Shown in pieces: positions 48,232 to 57,677 of a stretch of DNA of 64,000 nt. Position 1 is the first letter of the stretch; each line of letters begins with the position of its first letter. Origin of the DNA: a virus (lineage: Duplodnaviria > Caudoviricetes); IMG/VR virus record IMGVR_UViG_3300001528_000425, positions 96,001-160,000 of that record; one strand, given 5' to 3'. Position numbers and translations under genes: made by a program. Below the pieces are notes generated by a model. That model was not told the DNA's origin. It saw nothing but the letters and a program-made list of their open reading frames with translations, and ran no database searches.

Positions 48232-49927
48232 TTCACTACTTCTAGCCGCACAGGATGAGTCTTGCGTCCTTTGTGTGACGCCATATCTGGGCGGCTCGTG
48301 GTGGAGTCGCTTACGTCCACCGATGCCGCGAAACTTCAGCGAAGGATATCAATGGAATGCTCTACAGACAGCCATGTATTCGTCGCTACCCTGGAAGAAC
48401 GACCATCACTTTACGTTTAACTTCACGGTTGCCGAAGATTTCGAAAACGGCAGCTACTGGATCATGTACCAGAGCAACGGTAGGATTGTGTTCTCTCTAG
48501 ACAAAGACGCTCGCGGCAGTCGGTTCGTATTTGGAAGTTACGCATTCAGCAACGGAGTGTTTGTTTATACTCCGTTCGCAGCTTCGCTAGCCGGGAGACA
48601 TGAAGTGATTTTGGCGGTCGTTGGAGATACGTTGAGAATCACGGTGGATGGTGTGTCGTACGAGCAGAGCGGCGAACGTGTGGAGTCATCGAGCTACAAC
48701 CGGGTGGTGACAACCTCAGCCCCGGTGACGCTTCACGCGGTTTCCCTGACCGACGATTCGACGGAAACGGATATCTGGCAAGCGACCTACTCCGATCTAT
48801 ACGACACGTCGAATCCGTGGCCATCTGCCGTTCCGCGCAACTTCGCGGAGGAACCTGAAACATGGAGAGATGTACCGTTAATCACTTCTGCGGTTGGATA
48901 TGATGACTGCGAATTTTCCATCCATTATCGGCTAGACGGTTATCTGGATGGTTCTACCATCACTCAGTTATTTTATCACATCTCTCACAATGGCAGTGTC
49001 AACATTGCATTTGCAGGAGATGGTACTGGTGGTAACTACAGTTATATCCAGTTGACTGACACGGACAGTCTTGTGATTCCTTTAGACCGGATTCGACAAC
49101 TTGGAGAGCATACGATCCGCGTTCGCCGCATTGGATCAACTGTTACCATCGAGTTCGATGATGAGGTTGCTACAACCTCATCTGGAATGGATAAAGTAGC
49201 AATCTATTCAATGAATGCTCCGACTTCCAATTTCAACGGTGTTATTTTCGAGATGTACTGGAAAAATCTGACCACAGGACGAATAGTCTGGAGCTATCCG
49301 ACTGAAGCAGAGCGTGTACGTCTTATTACGAAGTCGAATGTTCGTACCGATAGGAGTGCTTTCGAACCGGTCGATGACAACTACGTTTACTACGTAGATA
49401 CCAAATTGGATCTGCGAGGTTATATCGGTGATCTGTCTATGGTTGCCAATGTGCACATCGATCAGGAAAGCGCCACTCGTGCTGCAAATCCAGTGGTGCA
49501 ATATCACCTCATCACTCAAGGAGGCCCGACCACATCCAATACCCTGACCGTGTTCGCTATGTATCTGACTCGTTACCCAGATCGCAGCATAGGTTACAAA
49601 CTCTTGATCAGCGATGGATCGAAGTGGTTCGAAATTGAGAAGATTTACTCTGATGTACCTCTCGATCAGATACGAACTGTCGGAGTGGTGCTGATCAAAG
49701 CTACAAGAGAACAACGTTGGTTCGTGAATGGTAGTTATATCGGCTCTGTATTCGTACCGGCAGATTGGAATGCGTTCAATGGTTCAGATAATGCAGTACA
49801 GAATGTGCGCATTGGTCCTCATATCTTGAGCACGAGTTATTGGCCTACAAAGTTACCATCGGTCTTAAGCGCTTGTGTATTTACACGTGCGCTGAGTGAT
49901 GCTGAGATGATAGCGATCCACGGTTAG
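48224..49927 (+). CDS. Receptor-binding protein with LamG/ConA-like modules, cassette A
   Basis: Beta-rich; duplicated PRNF module; C-terminal FTRALSDAEM. Confidence 0.65.
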   Translation: MRDSLLLAAQDESCVLCVTPYLGGSWWSRLRPPMPRNFSEGYQWNALQTAMYSSLPWKNDHHFTFNFTVAEDFENGSYWIMYQSNGRIVFSLDKDARGSRFVFGSYAFSNGVFVYTPFAASLAGRHEVILAVVGDTLRITVDGVSYEQSGERVESSSYNRVVTTSAPVTLHAVSLTDDSTETDIWQATYSDLYDTSNPWPSAVPRNFAEEPETWRDVPLITSAVGYDDCEFSIHYRLDGYLDGSTITQLFYHISHNGSVNIAFAGDGTGGNYSYIQLTDTDSLVIPLDRIRQLGEHTIRVRRIGSTVTIEFDDEVATTSSGMDKVAIYSMNAPTSNFNGVIFEMYWKNLTTGRIVWSYPTEAERVRLITKSNVRTDRSAFEPVDDNYVYYVDTKLDLRGYIGDLSMVANVHIDQESATRAANPVVQYHLITQGGPTTSNTLTVFAMYLTRYPDRSIGYKLLISDGSKWFEIEKIYSDVPLDQIRTVGVVLIKATREQRWFVNGSYIGSVFVPADWNAFNGSDNAVQNVRIGPHILSTSYWPTKLPSVLSACVFTRALSDAEMIAIHG

Positions 49928-49943
49928 CAAAACGAGGAAAGAC

Positions 49944-50384
49944 ATGACCAGATATTTCAAAGATATCAATGGAGAAACCATCCGTTATGTCGGTATCCAG
50001 AAAGGATCTATCTGGTATGCTGAGAATGGATGGATTCCGTATGATGGAACCGAATCCGAGGATCGTATCAAGATCGTAGACGGTCAGATCACGATCCTTC
50101 CGATGCAGGTACCGGATACCACCGCATTTGATGAAGCTTGTGCATCTTTTCGTGCCATCTGTAAAGAAATTGGGGAACTGATCTCTGAACCTGATTTCAA
50201 AGGTGGTTTTGATGAGATTGCCAAATACCAAGCTTCTGAGCAGGCTACAACGACCGAAGGTATCATTCTGGGTCTCAAATGGAATACAGCTGATAAGCTG
50301 TGCACCTATGAAGCCAGCAAGCTCGGTATCGGACAGCCTGATTGGTGGTATCGTTGTTGGGAAACGACCACGACTGAGTCGTGA
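49944..50384 (+). CDS. Fibre chaperone-like protein, cassette A
   Basis: Position after the RBP; N-terminus resembles 52437 (WYAENGWIPYDG vs FYTKHGYHAYPG). Confidence 0.55.
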   Translation: MTRYFKDINGETIRYVGIQKGSIWYAENGWIPYDGTESEDRIKIVDGQITILPMQVPDTTAFDEACASFRAICKEIGELISEPDFKGGFDEIAKYQASEQATTTEGIILGLKWNTADKLCTYEASKLGIGQPDWWYRCWETTTTES

Positions 50385-50413
50385 TAACCCTAATAAACCA
50401 AAGGCAAGGAAAC

Positions 50414-51136
50414 ATGAATTGCTTTGTGTTGACAGCAGCCATGTTAGAGGGAACTCCTCTTTCTGTGGTGCAAAGCGGTAATGCCGTTAAGCTGGTGTGG
50501 GACGGAGGAGGGATCATCCCCTTCGACCTTCACCACACCGCTTCGGATACCGTTCACTCGATCTCTACGGTTACAATCGCCGATGCGATCATCGCGGATG
50601 TGACAGTATGGAAGAAAGCTCAAGGAGAGGGTGGTGAATTTGAATACACCAGAACTTCTCCTGATATCGTCGTTGGTTCGGATGAAGTGACGATCGATAT
50701 GACTGGATTTGAAGAAGGGGACTACGAGGTCAGATGTCTGACTCGTGCTGGTCATGGTTATTCGAAGACCGTCATCGCCGATCCTGCCTATGAAATGCCT
50801 GACCAGATGGAAGGGTACGGTATAGGCAAACAACTTACGGACACTGACAACACGATTTCCTTCCCAGTAAGGGCTTGGAAGATCAAAGGTTGTCGGATTG
50901 TATCACTCTCTGCCGATTCGAACGTTACGGGAAATGTTGTCATTGTCCCGTCGGTCGATGGAACGGATCTTGATCCGGTTGTTATCCCCGTGAAAGCGGA
51001 ACCCACTGAGTTCTTCTTTCCGTTGGACGCAACAGGCATGCTGTCTCTGAGACGGGATACCGCCTCTGAACATGACACCCTGAAAGACGGAAGCGTCGTT
51101 GGGATGTTCATCACTAACATTGAATTCGAAAAATAA
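50414..51136 (+). CDS. Fibre adaptor protein, cassette B
   Basis: Paralogue of 47480-48231 (TSPDI, VTIDMTGF, LxRDT...DTLK). Confidence 0.75.
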   Translation: MNCFVLTAAMLEGTPLSVVQSGNAVKLVWDGGGIIPFDLHHTASDTVHSISTVTIADAIIADVTVWKKAQGEGGEFEYTRTSPDIVVGSDEVTIDMTGFEEGDYEVRCLTRAGHGYSKTVIADPAYEMPDQMEGYGIGKQLTDTDNTISFPVRAWKIKGCRIVSLSADSNVTGNVVIVPSVDGTDLDPVVIPVKAEPTEFFFPLDATGMLSLRRDTASEHDTLKDGSVVGMFITNIEFEK

Positions 51137-51169
51137 CAAGCGAGTTATGCGCTTGGATAGGATGCAAAT

Positions 51170-52360
51170 ATGAACCACCCACTTCTTCACAAATTGGCGA
51201 AGTCGCCGTCATGCCTGATGGCACTATTTCCAGAGAATGGAGGCGGATGGTACGGTCCCAAACAGCCTACGTTGTTGACGGATCGTAATTTCAACACCCT
51301 TCCAATGTACTTTCTCGATGAACATTTCGCAACGGACAAACTTGGCACAGCACAGTGTACACTTGAAGTTGAATTCGTTTTGAAATCTTCTGTATCAGGT
51401 ACAACGTACTTTGTCTTTGGTCCGATGCAATTGACATTTACAGCAACACGAGTCACTCCGGTAGTCTCCATTACACGTGGTTCGACGCAAACGACTATAA
51501 CTCCGTTAGGTTCAGCGGCTTTTACATTGACGATCGGTACCAAAGTGAGAATCGTATTCAAACGTATTCTCAGCAACGGACTTTCGATCATGACTGGAGC
51601 CATCTATTACGACGATGTGCTATTTCGGCAGAACCAAGTTTCTCTCGGATCAACTACTACAACGATGCGCGGTCAATATACACAATCGACAGCTCCTATC
51701 GTTGTGTCCAAAGCCTTCATCAGAAATGATGAGACTGGAGAGATCGTTGGATCGTATCCCAATCCTGGAGAAGCCGCCAACCAGTACGCGAAGTTCAATA
51801 TCCGAACAGATCACGGATCGTTCGAAACTGCTTTATGGAACGGAACCCACATTCCTGGCCGTATCGATACCTGTCTGAATCTTCAAGGGAGGACCAAGGA
51901 CTTCACGTTGGCATTTGATTTCGGTATCAATGCCCAGGGAGGTGGTTTGACTCAAGTACAGAATATCGCAATACAGGGAGCAACGACTCGCACTGCTGTT
52001 AGTACGGCTGCTGTTTTCGTACTGCGATACACGAGAAGTCAGAATACGTTGTTTTGTTCGGTATTGATTTCTAGAGACGGTGCTACTGATATCGGTGTTC
52101 AACAGACCATGAGCTTACCTATTGCTATGGCCAACGGATCTCCGATACGATTTGTTGTGACAGTTTCTTTCACTCAGAGGTTAGTTGCTTACTTTATGAA
52201 TGGAAGACTTATTAACAAATCAACGTTGCCAACGAATGCTACCGGGATAGGGACACTCGGAACGACAGTAGCTCACAATACGTTCTGTTTGAAAGCATTT
52301 TACAACAATACATCGACCTCGACTGCAACGGATGGTGACAATTTGGTTACCATCAACTAG
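51170..52360 (+). CDS. Receptor-binding protein, cassette B, with probable premature TAG
   Basis: Paralogue of 48224; the frame continues ALALDYAMTDTAASAISRV to TAA at 52420. Confidence 0.65.
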   Translation: MNHPLLHKLAKSPSCLMALFPENGGGWYGPKQPTLLTDRNFNTLPMYFLDEHFATDKLGTAQCTLEVEFVLKSSVSGTTYFVFGPMQLTFTATRVTPVVSITRGSTQTTITPLGSAAFTLTIGTKVRIVFKRILSNGLSIMTGAIYYDDVLFRQNQVSLGSTTTTMRGQYTQSTAPIVVSKAFIRNDETGEIVGSYPNPGEAANQYAKFNIRTDHGSFETALWNGTHIPGRIDTCLNLQGRTKDFTLAFDFGINAQGGGLTQVQNIAIQGATTRTAVSTAAVFVLRYTRSQNTLFCSVLISRDGATDIGVQQTMSLPIAMANGSPIRFVVTVSFTQRLVAYFMNGRLINKSTLPTNATGIGTLGTTVAHNTFCLKAFYNNTSTSTATDGDNLVTIN

Positions 52361-52436
52361 GCTTTAGCCTTAGACTACGCGATGACGGATACGGCAGCAA
52401 GTGCTATATCACGCGTTTAATACCACGGAGTCATTT

Positions 52437-52883
52437 ATGAGACATGTTCGAAAGATCGCTGTGTTGTCGCCAGACGATGCTTCGACAGTAGCATATCAGA
52501 TGGAAGAATATTTCGGTCTGAATATGGGAAATACCTTCTACACCAAACATGGATATCATGCTTATCCTGGATCACTTCCGCTTGTCCGGTTGGACATACA
52601 AGGAGGTGAAGATGTGGATGGTGTGATCATGGGTGGTGAACTTGTGGAGTTGGAAGCTCCTGAAGAGACACCGCTTCCCAAGCGATACAGTCAACGTGCT
52701 ATCATCCGAGAACTGGGTGAAGGATGGGAATATGTCCGCGCACAGTTGGAAGAAGCAAAGGTTCTGGATATCTTCTTCGCGGCAGAATATCTGCAGGATG
52801 ACGATGAAGATTTCGTTCCTTGGTTGGCGAAACTTACGGATGAACAAAAGCAAATACTTGCTCGATGTGAAATTCCGTACTGA
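52437..52883 (+). CDS. Fibre chaperone-like protein, cassette B
   Basis: GGAG SD before ATG at 52437. Confidence 0.6.
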   Translation: MRHVRKIAVLSPDDASTVAYQMEEYFGLNMGNTFYTKHGYHAYPGSLPLVRLDIQGGEDVDGVIMGGELVELEAPEETPLPKRYSQRAIIRELGEGWEYVRAQLEEAKVLDIFFAAEYLQDDDEDFVPWLAKLTDEQKQILARCEIPY

Positions 52884-52933
52884 AGTAAATGTTCAACTAC
52901 AAAGAAAGTGTGGTTGTTAAGGAGAACCAATAG

Positions 52934-53287
52934 ATGCAACATACAAAAGTTCAAATTGGCGACAAATCCTTACTTCCTGAAATCGAGAAACGGGTAATGC
53001 TACCCGCCATCGATGGTCAGGTAGGACAGGTTCTCGCCAAGGGTCCTGATGGCACTACGGTCTGGACCGAAGGTGGTGGTCTCCCGAGCGGAGCAAAGGA
53101 TGGGGACCTCCTGATAAAGAGTGCAGAGATCGTCGGTAATGATTACAACGACGATCACACTGTGCTCTTTATTCAAGGAAGTGCCTCCAATGCTGCTGCA
53201 GCGGATTCCCCGCTCCCGGTTACTTGGAACAACCAGCCGGCTGTTCAGGAGGACAATACTCTGCTGCTTACGGGCTTGCTTACCTGA
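52934..53287 (+). pseudogene. Truncated tail fibre gene, 5' part
   Basis: GQVGQVLAKG...W fibre motif, then joins a different gene near 53257. Confidence 0.55.
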
Positions 53288-53856
53288 AAACTACCGATAA
53301 GCCGTCTTTCGCGGCTTATGAGAAAGTCGTTATGGATAAGGCACAGGAGCTTGGTGTCAAAGAAGCCATGTACAAGAATCCCGTGGTTCTGGTCATGCTT
53401 CGCAAATGGTGGATCGGGAACAAGCTCACTCCGGTCATGATCCAAGATGCTATCGCCTATCAAGAAGCACATCCGCTGAAAGCGAATATGTTCGGTATCG
53501 CCAATATGTATTACGACCTCGGCGATTACGTCAATGCAACATCGTGGTTCGAAAAAGATGATCGCGGGTCCACCAATCTGATCCGCTGTTACATCAATCT
53601 CGGACAGAAGCAGAAAGCCATTGAGTACTATTACGACAAATTGAATAACAAGAAATTCTCTCCCGCAGCAGCACAAGAGATGTTCCCTGTTATTTGGAGT
53701 CTTATCTTGGATGATACAACTATCGATCTCCAAGCGGCGAAAGACCGGAATGCTCGTATGGCAAGTAAATACACCAGCTATCTTTACGAATCAGCAAAAC
53801 CAGCTGAATCCCCGTGGAGAGCATTGGTTACACTCCTGACGGCTCAGTCAAAGTAA
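53257..53856 (+). pseudogene. 5'-truncated paralogue of the exported TPR-like protein 53954-54739
   Basis: Aligns from YSAA onward; lacks start, SD and signal peptide. Confidence 0.6.
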
Positions 53857-53953
53857 GCATCAATTTCATACCGTCCTTGAATGGAAGGTGTTCAAGGATG
53901 ATACCGGTAGCAGTATGCCGGATAACCCATCTCTAAATGAAAAGCAAAACCAA

Positions 53954-54739
53954 ATGAAGCTCACCAAACTGTTCCTCGCACTCACCCTGACACTCATCAC
54001 CGGCGTTACCTTCGCCACCACTCTTCGTGATGTCCGTGACGCCAAAGTTTCCGACATGGCCGCGGTCGTATCGACCTGGACCAATGAACTCGGTACGGCT
54101 ACCGTCATGGACAAGATCGAGTACTCTGCTGCGCAGGGTCTGGTCTATCTTCGTTCCAACGAGAACGCCACCTTCGCCGAAGCCCGCTCCAAAGTGATGG
54201 CGAAAGCCAAAGAACTTGGCATCGAAAAGGAAATGGCCGCCAGCAGCTACATGTACGGTATCGTCCATCCTTGGTGGGTCGGCGAAACCCGCCCTGCTCT
54301 GCTGCAGGAAACTCTTGCTTACGCTGAAGCCAATCCTCCGGCCGATGGCGCCGGTGCTTATGCCGAAATCGGCCGTATCTATGCATTTGTGTTGAAGGAT
54401 TATGTGAAGGGTCTGGCGGCGTTCCAGAAGGGCAATTTCCAGAGTGATACTCTCCGTTGTTACATGGAAATAGGAGATACCGCCAATGCCGTCAAGTACT
54501 ACTATGAACTTGCCGAATCTGGCAAAATCAGCGCCGGTGCTGCTGCTGAATACTTTCCCACTGTGTGGGCGGCTCAGGCGAAGGGATTCAAGACTGCCGA
54601 AGAGCGTGATGCCGCGAAGTTCCGTCTCAGCAAGTTGGTTGATCAGTATACCAGTAAGCTCTACTCCGATGCCAATGTGAAGCCGGAGAATTCGCCGTGG
54701 CGCAAAGTGATCACGCTGTGGACGGCCAGCTCGAAGTAA
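53954..54739 (+). CDS. Exported helical (TPR-like) protein
   Basis: Signal peptide MKLTKLFLALTLTLITGVTFA; TPR-like helices. Confidence 0.7.
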   Translation: MKLTKLFLALTLTLITGVTFATTLRDVRDAKVSDMAAVVSTWTNELGTATVMDKIEYSAAQGLVYLRSNENATFAEARSKVMAKAKELGIEKEMAASSYMYGIVHPWWVGETRPALLQETLAYAEANPPADGAGAYAEIGRIYAFVLKDYVKGLAAFQKGNFQSDTLRCYMEIGDTANAVKYYYELAESGKISAGAAAEYFPTVWAAQAKGFKTAEERDAAKFRLSKLVDQYTSKLYSDANVKPENSPWRKVITLWTASSK

Positions 54740-54777
54740 CCTAAGGTTATCTTCAACAAAAAATAAAAGTGAATCAG

Positions 54778-54813
54778 GTAAGGTAACTAGGCATCAACGC
54801 CTAGTTACCTTAC
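54778..54813. terminator. Bidirectional terminator
   Basis: 15-bp inverted repeat with A/T flanks. Confidence 0.8.
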
Positions 54814-54832
54814 TGCTCTTTTGTAAGTGTTA

Positions 54833-55227
54833 TCATGATCCGATCCCATTACGATGCAGAACAGGTAATCTAATAAAATCAACTACAATATCACACCCTG
54901 TTCTATCGTTGTGCGATATCGTTCGACTTGAACAGTCTGTAAAGATCTACACCCTCATACCTTTCTATAGGTAGAGAGCGTGATCTTTAAACTGTTACAC
55001 GTCTAATCGTTGTAGTGCCGAAGTTCCTACGTGCAAGAACAAGTTGTCTTGCGATCGCAGGAGCCTGAGCACCATAACGAGGCCGAAGCAAGTCGACCAA
55101 CTCTTGGAACGAAAGATTTGTATAGTCCATGGACCACCTCTTCTACTTAGGGATAGGGAAGGAGTGTCAGCTCCTTCCCTATCCCGCATTCCTGGTAATT
55201 GCTTTCAAACGACCGATCGGATCATGA
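54833..55227 (-). ncRNA. ~395-nt structured RNA element, copy 2, with embedded ORF
   Basis: 13-bp terminal inverted repeat (54833-54845/55215-55227), TGAAAGCAATTACCA, same layout as 2194-2607. Confidence 0.75.
54987..55130 (-). CDS. 47-aa peptide MDYTNLSFQELVDLLRPRYGAQAPAIARQLVLARRNFGTTTIRRVTV
   Basis: GAGGT SD; paralogue of 2356-2502. Confidence 0.8.
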   Translation of the reverse strand: MDYTNLSFQELVDLLRPRYGAQAPAIARQLVLARRNFGTTTIRRVTV

Positions 55228-55235
55228 ATAAAATT

Positions 55236-55490
55236 TCATTCAAGAACCAATTGGCCGGACTGATAAGCATCGCGGATCTCAGCCATCTGTTTGGCGCGAT
55301 CCTGCCAGAGTTTGGATTCCTTATCAGCTTCTTCCGGCGACACTCCCTTAACCGGAACCAAAGCGACGGACAGACTGTGTAAATTACACATCTCGATCGC
55401 TTTCTGGAGAAGCAGACCGACGTCGTACCCCTTGTCCTGGAATTGTTTCAGGATACGTTTCACTCTGGCACTCGAAGACAGTTTGCTCAT
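55236..55490 (-). CDS. Hypothetical early protein
   Basis: AAGGAGG SD; promoter at 55561-55577. Confidence 0.75.
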   Translation of the reverse strand: MSKLSSSARVKRILKQFQDKGYDVGLLLQKAIEMCNLHSLSVALVPVKGVSPEEADKESKLWQDRAKQMAEIRDAYQSGQLVLE

Positions 55491-55560
55491 GATTAGACCT
55501 CCTTAGTTTATCATGATGATGAGTTTATGTGTGCACCGAATTATGCACACAGTTGGCATT

Positions 55561-55577
55561 ACACCAATGTAATGTAT
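55561..55577 (-). promoter_or_regulatory. Early promoter ATACATTAC-N5-TGT
   Basis: Consensus match. Confidence 0.65.
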
Positions 55578-55771
55578 GCGTGAAGAATGTTGATCGACAC
55601 CCTTCGATTTAGTGACATCAAGGTAACCATACAGGGAATAATTAAAATGATCTGAATGATATCAAAACATAAGGAAATACTCGTATCATTTTGGAGATAT
55701 TTCGCTTCATGTTGAAACGTTATGGATCTTTAAATTACTTCAATTAAATCAAAAAGAATAAGAGAATGATC

Positions 55772-55803
55772 TGGGAGGTAGTGGTATGATCCACTACCTC
55801 CCA
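55772..55803 (-). terminator. Hairpin terminator
   Basis: 13-bp inverted repeat after the 55809 ORF. Confidence 0.7.
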
Positions 55804-55808
55804 TGATG

Positions 55809-56057
55809 TTAGCCGAGCAGAGCTTCGACGACATCCTGTGCCGTGTCGGTGGTCTCGTTGAGATCCACTTCTTCAACAGGATTCGAACCGCCTTTCACGA
55901 TCGCAACAACCGCTGCAACGATGCTGACCACACCGATGGCGGCTACCGCATACGTGAAGTATTTGGTACGCTTGGAGGCAGCTTCGGAACGAGCGATGGA
56001 TTTGTTGATGGCCTGATCAGCGAGTCCCGTGTTGGTGATGTCGATGTTCTTTTCCAT
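55809..56057 (-). CDS. Small single-pass membrane protein
   Basis: AAGGAG SD; TM segment YAVAAIGVVSIVAAVVAIV. Confidence 0.75.
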   Translation of the reverse strand: MEKNIDITNTGLADQAINKSIARSEAASKRTKYFTYAVAAIGVVSIVAAVVAIVKGGSNPVEEVDLNETTDTAQDVVEALLG

Positions 56058-56121
56058 GATGAGATTCTCCTTATTTAAATTAGGTTAAGTTAAATGAATC
56101 AAGTGTCTCTCTTACACTGAT

Positions 56122-56138
56122 TCACCAACGTAATTTAT
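56122..56138 (-). promoter_or_regulatory. Early promoter ATAAATTAC-N5-TGA
   Basis: Consensus match. Confidence 0.7.
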
Positions 56139-56349
56139 AGATGAAATAAATTGAATTACATCATGTGTATTATTTAACAGAGCGATGCAGTAATATAATG
56201 AAATCAAAATAAGTTTACCTCGTAGGTAGTTGGAATACTGGTGATGCTGTCATACACATTCATGATTCTACTCAAGACTCATAAATCACGACTCCAGCTA
56301 CCTACTTGGTTCTTTTACATTTACACCTTACATAAACAAGGAGAAACAT

Positions 56350-57603
56350 ATGATCCAGATCGTCGAACCATCGGTGCAACTGTATAAGGAGCACAACCCT
56401 CTCAAGAAGATCGAGTTCATGGCTCGTATCTGTACTGGCACGGAGAGTTCCGTGAAACAGGAACCGAATCTCAAGTTGATCCAAGCTCTGATCAACAGAG
56501 GACATGAATCGGTACTCGAGCATTACTACATCAAAGTGAAGTTCCCGTTTCGGTCCGTCACTATTCCTGCGGAATATCTCAACCCTGCGATGCTGAAGGC
56601 GTTCGCACTTGCGGATAAGTCGGAGCGCACGGAAGAAGAGCAAGTGGAACTCGATCGATACAAAGAAGAGTTCCAGCGTCTGACCATCGACAACAAGAAG
56701 AGTGATGTCAAGGAGTATACGGAACAGGAAACTGCTCTGAACGATCAGCTCTTCTTCCAGCTCTACACGATCTTCAATCCCAAGTTCACCAAACCGTCGG
56801 TGTCCTCTGCGGATGAGCTGCATACCGTCAACCAGCATCTCTCCATCCAGCATCTGGAGCTGATCGGCAACATCCGCGCCATGCGTGATGGCATCCGTAT
56901 CCTTTCCGAAGGCAATACGTTCGGTATGCTGAGAAGTGGAGATCCCGGGTTCTTCTCCTACTGCATCAGTCTGATCAAATCCCTCTACACCTGGCAACCA
57001 ATCCTCTTCGAAGATCTCGTGCAGGATTTCAAAACATACTGGGAAGCAGAAGATGCAGTTACCCTGCAGTCGTTCGGTATCGAAGAATGGGAGAATTACG
57101 CATCCTTCATCATCGAAACCGATCGCAATGTCTCGCATCAGTTCGTTCGTCATCGGAACGAGATCTCCTACAGCCAGCAGTCGCAGCGTTACTGCAAGTA
57201 CAAAGATGGAGTTCGCTATACTCGTCCAGTTGGATTCTCCTGGGCAGTGGATGGCAATCCCATCTACGAAGAGTGGAAGACCGACATGGAAGCGAATTCA
57301 GCGAAATATCTGAAGAAGCTCGATGACAGTCTTCCTCCGGAAGAAGCCAGACTCTGGCTGAACAGTTCCTGTTACACCAAACTCGGTGTGACGATGACTC
57401 CGGATGCACTTCAGCATTTCATGAAACTTCGCGATGCTGATGATGCATATGCTCCGATTCGGCATATCGCCAAAGAGATCCGCAAAGCTCTCACACCTGC
57501 TCCGATCGAGAACGATCATCCGTTCATCAATTTGAACGGTGAAGAGATCATGAAAGATTTCGGTGAAGAGATCGCCAAGATCGTCTCCGGAGAAAGTAAC
57601 TAA
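56350..57603 (+). CDS. thyX: FAD-dependent thymidylate synthase
   Basis: GHESVLEH, HQFVRHR...SQQSQRY, PEEAR. Confidence 0.92.
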   Translation: MIQIVEPSVQLYKEHNPLKKIEFMARICTGTESSVKQEPNLKLIQALINRGHESVLEHYYIKVKFPFRSVTIPAEYLNPAMLKAFALADKSERTEEEQVELDRYKEEFQRLTIDNKKSDVKEYTEQETALNDQLFFQLYTIFNPKFTKPSVSSADELHTVNQHLSIQHLELIGNIRAMRDGIRILSEGNTFGMLRSGDPGFFSYCISLIKSLYTWQPILFEDLVQDFKTYWEAEDAVTLQSFGIEEWENYASFIIETDRNVSHQFVRHRNEISYSQQSQRYCKYKDGVRYTRPVGFSWAVDGNPIYEEWKTDMEANSAKYLKKLDDSLPPEEARLWLNSSCYTKLGVTMTPDALQHFMKLRDADDAYAPIRHIAKEIRKALTPAPIENDHPFINLNGEEIMKDFGEEIAKIVSGESN

Positions 57604-57627
57604 GAGTTACATAAGACAAGAATGATA

Positions 57628-57665
57628 ACCTACCTACGTACTGGATCACCAGTACGTAGGTAGGT
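57628..57665. terminator. Bidirectional terminator
   Basis: 17-bp inverted repeat between convergent genes. Confidence 0.8.
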
Positions 57666-57677
57666 CTTTGTAAATTA

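Noticed and set aside
47480-53287. Diversity-generating retroelement or shufflon acting on fibre genes
   Set aside because: No RT, recombinase, template/variable repeat pair or inverted cassettes seen in this window.
54995-55382. Track ORFs 54995-55189 (-) and 55044-55382 (+)
   Set aside because: Wrong frames; the supported ORF is 54987-55130, backed by its paralogue.
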